Source: an uncultured Gammaproteobacteria bacterium (GTDB lineage Bacteria; Patescibacteriota; Microgenomatia; UBA8517). From it: a stretch of 53,702 nt of DNA. Below, piece by piece: positions 16,708-25,227 of this stretch; the first letter of the stretch is position 1; every line of letters starts with the position of its first letter. The notes beneath the pieces are model-generated. The model was not told the DNA's origin and ran no database searches. It saw nothing but the letters and a program-made list of their open reading frames with translations. Location: the NCBI GenBank assembly GCA_964583105.1, contig CAZOUV010000005.1, forward strand, positions 1 through 53,702. The letters are read 5' to 3'. The translations under genes were made by a program, and so were the position numbers.

Positions 16708-19326
16708 TTAGTGAATTAGTTTTTTTATGGTTTCTAAATCAGTATCTCTTAGTTGAGATGTATCTAGTCTTTTTGTTAATCTAAAATTACTCTCCAGGTT
16801 TTCGTTCTTTATCATGCTTGCTGCAAGTTCGGCATATCTAAGGAAAATGGGTGCATAAAAATCCATAAGCATAGCCATTGACTTACCATAGTTTTTGATT
16901 GCACTTCTTTTTAATCCTTTTTGGGGGGGTAAATTAGCCATTTCAACTTGCCAACCGCTCACGGCTGATCGCCAATCTAATTCCATTGCGGGTCCGGACG
17001 TTGGAGTGGAATATCTACCTATAAGGGAATATTTTTTGTAAAGGTGCAGCGAAAGTAACATTGGAATCATTGCTATTTCAATTACACCCATGTCTGCGGG
17101 CTCTCCCCTTGTACCTAATCTTATACGTTTAGCCAACTCTTTAATTGCTTCTGCACTTGGTTCATCTGGAAAAAATTTATCATATTCTCCTTTTATGTCA
17201 TTTGATAATTTATGTGGTAAAAACTGCATCATTAAAACTCGCGCAAACTGTGCGGCGTTAACGTGGGTCCAGTCAACAGAAAGGTCTTTGTATTGAGTAT
17301 ATGGAACTTCAGATAATTTTGATCCTTCTTTAAATCTCTCCCAAAGACTTGGGGCATTCTTAGCATCTTTTCCGTTCTCTCCTAAAGCTCTCCAAAAATT
17401 AATGGACAACCAAGATGCTGGTATGAACATTGGAATAGCAAACCTACATTCTTTTCCACTTTTAGTTTTACCAAATGTGGGCCAAGACACCCAAGCTTTC
17501 ATATTCTTCTTCATATACTTTATTACCCTAGGATCGAGTTCGCCAAAGGTTGTTCCACTCCAAATCTCATTATCTTTAAACCCACCAGAAAACAATTTAT
17601 ATAGCATTTTTCTATTAATTTCGTTATAGCTAAGATAGTTTTCAATTGGGGGTCTCCAGTCTGGTTTATGGGTAATTGCTTCCATTCTAAAATCGTTGGG
17701 CGTTGCTGGTAATAACTGGCTTGTTGTTTCAGCATTACCGTGGTACATCCAAACGTGGTAGTCAGGATACATTGGAGACCATGTATCGAGTGCTGAATAA
17801 ATACTACCTGTTTCAGATGTGCGAAAAACAACAAAACCACAATCCAATTTAACTTTTTCAAAATCTTCTGGTGTTTTTCCTGGATGATTTCTCAAATATT
17901 CTGCCTGTTCGCCTGCAGATAAATCAGACCATTTTGTTTCCGCTTCACCATCTTGTTTAATATTTACATAAAGTCTTTGTTCTTCGGAAGTTAAACCTGA
18001 CCATCTGAATTTTTCATATCTCCACCCCCAACCAAGTTCTCCACAAGCCATTAAACCAGAATCTATGTCAATACCCGCTCTTGCAATAACTCCTGCTAGT
18101 TTATCTCTGAGACTATATTTTTCTTCACCGTAAAGACCTTTAAGTATTTCGTCAGCCTTTTTTCTTACTGCCTCCCCAATATCAACAACATCGCCACCCT
18201 CATTTAATTGTCTAAGGGCATCTAAGGATAGTGCCGCTTGCATAAGTGCTTTATATCTTCTTTTGTTGTCTTCTGTCGGTTCCATGTTGTAATAATTCAA
18301 AAGTTGTTCAGGAACCACACGATTGTTTCCGTTTTTATCAACCCATGTAACATACTTTATTTCGCCTTCCGTACCACTGTTGTCTACTTCTCTTGTTGCA
18401 AATATTTCATGAACAAAATGTCTGTGTCTTTCATCAATAAACATCGCATCTCTTTCTCTTGGGCGTACTGCTGCATCTTGTGAAGGCGGATTATCAAAAT
18501 CCTCTTGTTGAACTTCCGCGACCATCATTGCTATGTGCATCCTGTCATCCTGAAATGTGGTTAGAAGTTCTCTCACACCTTCCACTCCTTGTCCTAATTC
18601 TGTATCCTTAGAAAATTTTTCCTTAAATCTTATTTTTTGTTCATCGTCTGTCTCTAGACCCGGAAGATTTTTACTAAACGCTTTTTCAAACGCAGTTTCT
18701 GTAATTTTTACATGATTAGTAAGAAGTTGTCTTATTTGATCTTCTCCCGCAAAATAGGTGTCTATGGATGTTGCAGAACCCTCCAACACAAAAAAGTTCC
18801 CCTGAGCCCACAAAGCGGTTCTTTTCATTTCTTTAAGAAGGGCTACCTCAATTTTCTTGTCTTCCGGATTTTCTACTCTTCTGGTTTTTCGCAAAGCACT
18901 ATCAACTAAATCAACAATCGAACCATATGTTTGTTCTCCATATCTCGATTCCCACGGAACTTCTTGGTGAAGCCTGTCAAAGGCATCCTCCATATCTAAA
19001 ATTGGTCCCAATTGTGCAACTACATAATCTTCATATTTCTCACGGAGTTTTTCATACGCCTCTGTTTTTAACCCTTCTTTTATTTGATCTTCAGTTAAAT
19101 TTTGCGTTGTGGCCGCCTCACGTATTTGTCTTTGGGTTTCTTCAGAAAAATTACCTTTCTCAAGAGAATCGATGCCCCGAACTGATTCAACAAAATCCGA
19201 TGCTTTTTGAAGAGCAGAAAGTTCATTAGCCCTCCCTTGCTCGGCCAACCATGCCATAACCGCCTCAGGAGTTTTATTACCTTCAGGCGGCTGGAAGCCA
19301 CCTGTTTGTTCAGGTGCTGGTGACAT
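16708..19326 (-). CDS. large orphan protein (872 aa), no signal peptide or TM helix, Trp-rich
   Basis: Uninterrupted 2.6-kb ORF on the opposite strand, in the middle of the T4SS-like locus. About 20 Trp by hand count. No Walker A, no HUH motif, no domain I recognise. Confidence 0.8.
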   Translation of the reverse strand: MSPAPEQTGGFQPPEGNKTPEAVMAWLAEQGRANELSALQKASDFVESVRGIDSLEKGNFSEETQRQIREAATTQNLTEDQIKEGLKTEAYEKLREKYEDYVVAQLGPILDMEDAFDRLHQEVPWESRYGEQTYGSIVDLVDSALRKTRRVENPEDKKIEVALLKEMKRTALWAQGNFFVLEGSATSIDTYFAGEDQIRQLLTNHVKITETAFEKAFSKNLPGLETDDEQKIRFKEKFSKDTELGQGVEGVRELLTTFQDDRMHIAMMVAEVQQEDFDNPPSQDAAVRPRERDAMFIDERHRHFVHEIFATREVDNSGTEGEIKYVTWVDKNGNNRVVPEQLLNYYNMEPTEDNKRRYKALMQAALSLDALRQLNEGGDVVDIGEAVRKKADEILKGLYGEEKYSLRDKLAGVIARAGIDIDSGLMACGELGWGWRYEKFRWSGLTSEEQRLYVNIKQDGEAETKWSDLSAGEQAEYLRNHPGKTPEDFEKVKLDCGFVVFRTSETGSIYSALDTWSPMYPDYHVWMYHGNAETTSQLLPATPNDFRMEAITHKPDWRPPIENYLSYNEINRKMLYKLFSGGFKDNEIWSGTTFGELDPRVIKYMKKNMKAWVSWPTFGKTKSGKECRFAIPMFIPASWLSINFWRALGENGKDAKNAPSLWERFKEGSKLSEVPYTQYKDLSVDWTHVNAAQFARVLMMQFLPHKLSNDIKGEYDKFFPDEPSAEAIKELAKRIRLGTRGEPADMGVIEIAMIPMLLSLHLYKKYSLIGRYSTPTSGPAMELDWRSAVSGWQVEMANLPPQKGLKRSAIKNYGKSMAMLMDFYAPIFLRYAELAASMIKNENLESNFRLTKRLDTSQLRDTDLETIKKLIH

Positions 19327-19452
19327 ATCTATCGAATTTTATCATTTAATCAACAAAACTAGCAAATGGTACTTTTGATTGTGAAAAGGTGTTCTTGTTG
19401 CACTTCCTTGTTCACGCTGTAATCTAAAAACTAGAAGGTATTATTACTGCCT

Positions 19453-20529
19453 ATGGAAAGTCATCCTATACCACAACAAATTTCCTCATATCAATTTCGA
19501 CTTGTTGGTGATATGACCCTTAAGCAGTTTTTTCAGATTGCGGGGGGTGCTTTGATTTCAATTATTATCTACTCCCTTCCTTTAATGGGGATTATTAAGT
19601 GGCCCTTGGTTGTCTTTTTTGCACTTCTGGGAATTGCCCTTGCCTTTTTACCTCTTGAGGAAAGACCGTTGGAGCGCTGGATCATTGCCTTTTTTAAATC
19701 TGTTTATTCTCCTTCTTTGTTTTTTTGGAAAAAAACCAAAAACGAATTTAATTACTATCAAGATGAGGCAACTGCCCCTACCGAAAAAATTGTATATCCC
19801 GGGGGAGAGGCAAAATTGCAGGAATATCTAAAATCTTCTTCTGGTGGTAACCTGGCCGGAAGTTTGGAAAAACTTGAAAATTCTTTTCTTTCGGGCCTAT
19901 CCGGTATTTTTTCCAGCGTAATTCCCACCATGAAAGTAACTTCTACTACTATTCCCCAAGTTGGTATCCAAGAAGGTCCTCCTAAACCGGTTGCTGTACC
20001 TAATGAAATTCCTATTAAAATTCCCGTTGCTACAAATATACCCAAACTAGTTGTTGAAGAAACATCCTTTAAAGAAAATGTTACTCCACTTATTTCAACC
20101 ACTGAAGTTACACCAACCTCATTGGGCCAAAATTTAGTTGCTCAAAAACAAGCACAATTCTCAATTGATGCTGCTCCACCAAGCCCGCCAACTTCTCCAA
20201 ATACATTAACAGGTCAGGTTGTTGATCAGGAAAAACATATTGTGGAAGGTGCAATTATGGAAATTAGAGACAGTTCCGGAAGACCGGTAAGAGCTCTTAA
20301 AAGCAATAAACTCGGACACTTCATGGTTGTAACACCATTAATGAGCGGAAAGTATGAAATCATTACCGAAAAGGAAGGTTTCAATTTCGACCCCATTTCT
20401 TTTGAGGCCGAAGGGGAAATTATCCCCCCGATTGCGGTTTTTGGTAATAAAATTCCGGGGGGTGTTTCTTCTCAGGTTTTACAAACTGGTATAAATCAAG
20501 AAACTGTAGTTAAAACAAATCAATTATGA
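19453..20529 (+). CDS. PrgI/VirB3-like membrane protein fused to a Pro-rich linker and a CarboxypepD_reg-like beta-sandwich
   Basis: The N-terminus PIPQQISSYQFRLVGDMTLKQFFQIAGGALISIIIY plus a second TM is the PrgI-family signature. C-terminus LTGQVVDQEKHIVEGAIMEIRDSSGRPVRALKSNKLGHFMVVTPLMSGKYEIITEKEGFNF resembles a carboxypeptidase-regulatory-like domain. Confidence 0.65.
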   Translation: MESHPIPQQISSYQFRLVGDMTLKQFFQIAGGALISIIIYSLPLMGIIKWPLVVFFALLGIALAFLPLEERPLERWIIAFFKSVYSPSLFFWKKTKNEFNYYQDEATAPTEKIVYPGGEAKLQEYLKSSSGGNLAGSLEKLENSFLSGLSGIFSSVIPTMKVTSTTIPQVGIQEGPPKPVAVPNEIPIKIPVATNIPKLVVEETSFKENVTPLISTTEVTPTSLGQNLVAQKQAQFSIDAAPPSPPTSPNTLTGQVVDQEKHIVEGAIMEIRDSSGRPVRALKSNKLGHFMVVTPLMSGKYEIITEKEGFNFDPISFEAEGEIIPPIAVFGNKIPGGVSSQVLQTGINQETVVKTNQL

Positions 20530-21209
20530 AAAAGATTGTTAAAATTCCCAAAATTCCGTTTTTAAGCATACCTGATGTGCCGCTTACGGCTTCTTCGCAA
20601 ACACATCTTCCTATTGCTGATATTTGTGATGATATTGTTCTTTATAAAGACGGGGGGGCTGCAGTTGTTTTGGAATCAACTTCTCTTAATTTTAGTCTTC
20701 TTTCGGAAAAGGAACAGGAAGCTGTAATTGCAGCTTACGCGGCACTTCTTAATTCCCTTACTTTTTCAATTCAATTCATGGTCAGAAGCCAAAAAAAGGA
20801 CATTTCCAGTTACATGAATTATCTTGATGAATCTGCTAAAAAAATTGCAAACCCCGGCCTTTACCGGTTGATGCAATCTTACAGAAAATTCATTCTGGAA
20901 TCCGTCAAAAAAAGGAATGTTTTAGGGAAAAAGTTTTTTGTTGTTCTTCCTTTTAGTCCACTGGAGTTGGGAGTTACCAAATCGGTTCTTTCCATAACCA
21001 AAGGCAAAGGCCCTCTTCCTTACCCCAAATCTTACGTAATTAAAAAAGCCAAGGTTATTCTTTACCCAAGAAGGGACCATCTTATAAGGCAAATGGGAAG
21101 ATTAAGTATCAAATTAAGACAGCTTTCAACTGAAAATCTGGTTTCTCTGTACCACGAAGTCTACAATCCCGTTAAGCCCGAACCTAGAAAAAAGGAGGAA
21201 AATTTATGA
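20526..21209 (+). CDS. VirB4 N-terminal-domain-like protein (separate ORF)
   Basis: 227 aa. HLPIADICDDIVLYKDGGAAVVLESTSLNFSLLSEKEQEAVIAAYAALLNSLTFSIQFMV resembles the N-terminal region of Gram-positive VirB4/TraE-type ATPases. ATGA overlaps at both ends. Confidence 0.55.
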   Translation: MKKIVKIPKIPFLSIPDVPLTASSQTHLPIADICDDIVLYKDGGAAVVLESTSLNFSLLSEKEQEAVIAAYAALLNSLTFSIQFMVRSQKKDISSYMNYLDESAKKIANPGLYRLMQSYRKFILESVKKRNVLGKKFFVVLPFSPLELGVTKSVLSITKGKGPLPYPKSYVIKKAKVILYPRRDHLIRQMGRLSIKLRQLSTENLVSLYHEVYNPVKPEPRKKEENL

Positions 21210-23014
21210 ATCAAACAAATCAAATAAAAGGTGTTATAAATAACCAACAAGCTCCCGTGCAGGTTGCTGCAAAACCGGTTATTCCGAGTGTTCCTTTTGC
21301 CCTGAAGCAAAAGGAACTAAGGGTTGATGACATCATTGCACCCGAAAAAATAGAGGTTGATTTTGATTATTTCAAAATAAACGATGTCTATTTTAGAACC
21401 ATATTTGTAGCAGGATACCCGAGGTTTGTAACTCCCGGGTGGCTTGAGCCGATTGTTAATTTCGACAGTTCTTTGGACATTTCCTTTTACATCTATCCCG
21501 TTGACGGAAAATCCGTTCTTGACGATCTAAGAAGAAAGATCGCAGAAATGGAAGCGGAAATTTCAACAGACCTTCAAAGAGGAAAGATACTTGATCCTTC
21601 AACCGAAGCAAAACTGGAAGATGCAAGAAGCCTTCAGGAACAACTTGTAAAAGGCGCTGAAAGGTTTTTTGAATTCGGGTTTTACATCACAATTCCTGCA
21701 GCCAACCTTGAAGACCTTAACCATACAACAAAACAGATAGAGTCAACACTTGGTTCTTTAATGATTGTTGCCAAACACGCCCTTCTTGATCAGGATATGG
21801 GCTTTTTAACCACGGTTCCTTTCGGTTTCGACAGATTAAATATTACAAGAAACATGGACACAACATCCCTTTCCACAACATTCCCTTTAACTTCTGCTGA
21901 ACTATCAAGCGACCATGGAATTCTTTATGGAATTAATTCCAAAAACGAATCTTTCATTATCTTTGATAGATTTTCTTTGGAGAATCCGAACATGACGATC
22001 TTTGCTACATCGGGTGCCGGAAAAAGCTTTTTTATCAAACTGGAGGCTCTTCGAAGTTTGATGTTAGGAACAGAAATTATGATTATTGATCCCGAAACAG
22101 AATATAAACCGCTAGCAAAAGCTGTCGGTGGAGAATATATTTCTTTTGGATATAACTCTCCCTCCAAAATAAATCCTTTTGACTTATCCCAAGCTGTTGA
22201 AGAGGGAGAAAACCAATTGGGACTTAAGATTCTTTCTTTACATTCTCTATTTAAAGTAATCATGGGTCAAATTACACCTACACAGGAAGCTTTGCTTGAT
22301 AGAGCATTAGTTACCTGCTACCGAGCCAAGGGAATAACTCAAGATCCCGCAACACAAACCAAAGAACCTCCTTTAATGGAAGATCTTTATAAAACCTTAA
22401 TCGGTATGGAATCGCCCGAAGCCTTGGATTTGGCCGCAAGAATAGAAAAGTTTGTCAGAGGAAGTTTCATGGGAATATTCGACCAGCAAACAAACGTTAA
22501 TTTAAAAAATCCTTTTACTGTTTTTTCTGTCAGAGACTTACAAGATGCATTAAGACCAATCGCTATGTTTATAATTCTTGATTACATTTGGACAAGAGTT
22601 AAAAAAGACCTCAGGAAACGTCTCTTAATCATCGAGGAGGCCTGGCACATGATGAAATACCCCGATACCGCTCAGTTTCTTTGGTCCGTCGTTAAAAGGT
22701 CAAGAAAGTATTTCCTGGGGTTAACAACAATTACCCAAGATGTTGAAGACTTTCTTTCCCAGGATATAGGAAAAGCAATTGTAACCAATTCCGCCCTACA
22801 ACTTCTTTTAAAACAATCCCCTGCGGCAATTGATAAAGTGGGAGAAGTTTTCTATCTTTCTCAGGGAGAAAAGAATTTACTTCTTGCCGCGAATGTTGGA
22901 GAAGGAATATTTTTTGCTGGACCACATCATGCACCAATTAGAATTACAGCTTCGCAAGATGAATATCAGCTCATAACATCAAAGCCGCAGGATATTGTTG
23001 CTAAACAGCCATGA
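21206..23014 (+). CDS. virB4: VirB4-type T4SS ATPase
   Basis: 602 aa. Walker A IFATSGAGKSFFIK (nt ~22004-22030) and Walker B RLLIIEEAWHMM. The upstream part YFRTIFVAGYPRFVTPGWLEPIVNFDSSLDISFYIYP is typical of the VirB4/TrbE/CagE family. Confidence 0.85.
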   Translation: MNQTNQIKGVINNQQAPVQVAAKPVIPSVPFALKQKELRVDDIIAPEKIEVDFDYFKINDVYFRTIFVAGYPRFVTPGWLEPIVNFDSSLDISFYIYPVDGKSVLDDLRRKIAEMEAEISTDLQRGKILDPSTEAKLEDARSLQEQLVKGAERFFEFGFYITIPAANLEDLNHTTKQIESTLGSLMIVAKHALLDQDMGFLTTVPFGFDRLNITRNMDTTSLSTTFPLTSAELSSDHGILYGINSKNESFIIFDRFSLENPNMTIFATSGAGKSFFIKLEALRSLMLGTEIMIIDPETEYKPLAKAVGGEYISFGYNSPSKINPFDLSQAVEEGENQLGLKILSLHSLFKVIMGQITPTQEALLDRALVTCYRAKGITQDPATQTKEPPLMEDLYKTLIGMESPEALDLAARIEKFVRGSFMGIFDQQTNVNLKNPFTVFSVRDLQDALRPIAMFIILDYIWTRVKKDLRKRLLIIEEAWHMMKYPDTAQFLWSVVKRSRKYFLGLTTITQDVEDFLSQDIGKAIVTNSALQLLLKQSPAAIDKVGEVFYLSQGEKNLLLAANVGEGIFFAGPHHAPIRITASQDEYQLITSKPQDIVAKQP

Positions 23015-25221
23015 CTAGGTTACCGGACATAAATTTATTAACCTCCAGACAACTGGAGGAAATTTTGAAAACCTGTGACAGCTATCTTGGAAAAAAATTA
23101 GGCCTTGAAGGATCTTCCGACAACCTAAAACTTCCTGTAATTATTTCGGGTCTAAATCTGTCATGGAAAAGTGTTGATGATTTTGAGGGGGATATTAATA
23201 TATTTACCGGAGAAAAAAACATCCGTTCTGCATATGCAAAACTTTATACTTTATGGGAACAAAAACTTCATCAGGAAAAGTCCGAAAAAGTAGAACGAAC
23301 CACTCCAACAAAAGAATCCCTGAAATCAAGCGAAGAAGAAAGGGTAAAAAGAGAAAAAATTCTAAGGGAATCGGAAGTTAAGGGAAAAGTTCAAACCGAA
23401 AAGTTTATTAAAAGTCAAAAGGTATACCTCGAAGCAAAAGAAAAAACACAAGAAATAACCTTAACCGAACAGGAAAATATTGCTTTGGGTAAGTTAATAC
23501 AATCCGCAGAGAGCGATCCCAAAACCTTTGTGGCGGAAATGGCACAGGAAATTTCAAACAAAACCGGCGCAGATCCTGAAAGCTGTCAGGTTGCTGCCCT
23601 TGATTTTTACACAAAAATAAATTCTAAAACGACCGATGTTCCTCCCAGTGCATTTTTAGCGGTTGCCTCCTCGCAAAAAGATCCGGAAATTATTGAAGCA
23701 TCTCTTAGTTTTGCTCAACTATATGAACTAAAAAATAAGGAATTAAGATCTTTAATACAACCCGTCTTGGGAGAAAAAATTATTCAAGTTTTTTATCCTT
23801 TAGGTAATCAAGAATTTAACGTAACCAACGAGAAAACCGACAAGTCCGAATATGAAATAGATTTGGGACAATTACAGTCCGATTTCCGGAATTTTCAAGA
23901 CTCTCCCGTTCTTGATCAAATTAAAAATCAGGGAAAATCGGTTATTAAAGAATGGGTTGCAAATAAAATTGAATCTCTTCCCGCCCAAAGCGCGTTTAAA
24001 GGGTTTGTTTCAAGAATAAAATCTTCCCAACTTTTCAAACAAGCTCTTCCTTTTTTGGGGATGGCTCCTACAACCGAAGTTGTAACAACTTCATTTGTTG
24101 GAAAAACTATTAATTTTTTGTTTCCTCAGTTTGCACCAAAAATCGCACAAGTAGCTACAAGACTGGGAATTGATTTGGGAATTAGAGCAACCGCAACCGT
24201 TGCCGCCGGAACAACAGGAACTACCGCAGCTAAAGCGCTTGGTGCAAATTTGGGGAAAGTTGCAGCAGGAGCTTTAGCAAAAATAGGCATAAGCATTCCC
24301 GCATCATTTATTCCTGGTTTAAACATTGCTTTATGGGCAATCACAATTATTTCCATTCTTAAAGATTTAAAGAATTTTATTCAACAGTTCGGACCAAAAA
24401 TTAAACAATGGTTAAGTGACAATGCGCATTGGCTTGTTGGAATAGGTGCGGCCGGACTTTTATTTAGAAACCCGATAATAAATGTTTTAGGAATTACTTC
24501 AATTTCTGCAGGCATTCTTTCAGGGGCTTCTTTTGCAAAAATTGCTGGGCGTACTGCTTTTTTCTTTGCAAGATTAGGTGCTTCGATGGCCGTAACAATA
24601 GGTACTCCAATTATCATTACTATAATTGTTTTTCCAATATTAGTTGCAATTATTTTATTTATAATTAATTCCGGGGCATACGTTGTTCCTCCAAAATCGT
24701 CAACAAGTATACCCGGAGAGTGTATGGGAGATGTTGCCGTTAAGCCCGAAGCAACGGGAATTATGTTTTCACCCGACAATAAATATGCTTATCCGGTTGC
24801 TCCCTCAGGTTCGACCGGGGAAAGTTGTACGCACTGGGACAAATCTTTGGCAACAGATATTTTTCCTGCTAACAAACATGCTCCGGTAATTGCATACACT
24901 TCAGGAAGTATTGAGGGAATAAGCTTAACCGATTCTAAAGGGGGAAAATATGTGATTCTTGCCGGAAATGACGGAAGATATTACTACTATGCACACAACT
25001 GTGCATTGTTTGTGAAAGAGGGAGACGCTGTGTTTGCGGGAGATGTTATTGCAACAACAGATCAGTCTGGATCTGCTAACGGAACCGCTGAACATTTGCA
25101 TTTTGCAATCAGCAGTGCCCCTAATTTTGTTAACGGTGGCACGGTTTGTCCTTCTCAGGATTTTGCAGACAAGTTTCCGGATTATAATAAATGTAAACCC
25201 GAAGAAATGTGTATTCCTTAA
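23011..25221 (+). CDS. membrane protein with N-terminal coiled coil, Gly/Ala-rich polytopic segment and C-terminal M23 (LytM) peptidase domain
   Basis: 736 aa. Several TM helices in aa ~370-560. The C-terminus has YYYYAHN...GDVIATTDQSGSANGTAEHLHFAIS (M23 HxH motif). Confidence 0.8.
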   Translation: MTRLPDINLLTSRQLEEILKTCDSYLGKKLGLEGSSDNLKLPVIISGLNLSWKSVDDFEGDINIFTGEKNIRSAYAKLYTLWEQKLHQEKSEKVERTTPTKESLKSSEEERVKREKILRESEVKGKVQTEKFIKSQKVYLEAKEKTQEITLTEQENIALGKLIQSAESDPKTFVAEMAQEISNKTGADPESCQVAALDFYTKINSKTTDVPPSAFLAVASSQKDPEIIEASLSFAQLYELKNKELRSLIQPVLGEKIIQVFYPLGNQEFNVTNEKTDKSEYEIDLGQLQSDFRNFQDSPVLDQIKNQGKSVIKEWVANKIESLPAQSAFKGFVSRIKSSQLFKQALPFLGMAPTTEVVTTSFVGKTINFLFPQFAPKIAQVATRLGIDLGIRATATVAAGTTGTTAAKALGANLGKVAAGALAKIGISIPASFIPGLNIALWAITIISILKDLKNFIQQFGPKIKQWLSDNAHWLVGIGAAGLLFRNPIINVLGITSISAGILSGASFAKIAGRTAFFFARLGASMAVTIGTPIIITIIVFPILVAIILFIINSGAYVVPPKSSTSIPGECMGDVAVKPEATGIMFSPDNKYAYPVAPSGSTGESCTHWDKSLATDIFPANKHAPVIAYTSGSIEGISLTDSKGGKYVILAGNDGRYYYYAHNCALFVKEGDAVFAGDVIATTDQSGSANGTAEHLHFAISSAPNFVNGGTVCPSQDFADKFPDYNKCKPEEMCIP

Positions 25222-25227
25222 AATTAT

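Noticed and set aside
16708-19326. The 872-aa orphan as the missing relaxase or VirD4-type coupling protein
   Set aside because: It has no HUH (His-hydrophobic-His) plus catalytic Tyr arrangement; the only His cluster, DERHRHFVHE, does not fit. It has no GxxxxGK[ST] Walker A and no N-terminal TM helices. It remains an unknown.
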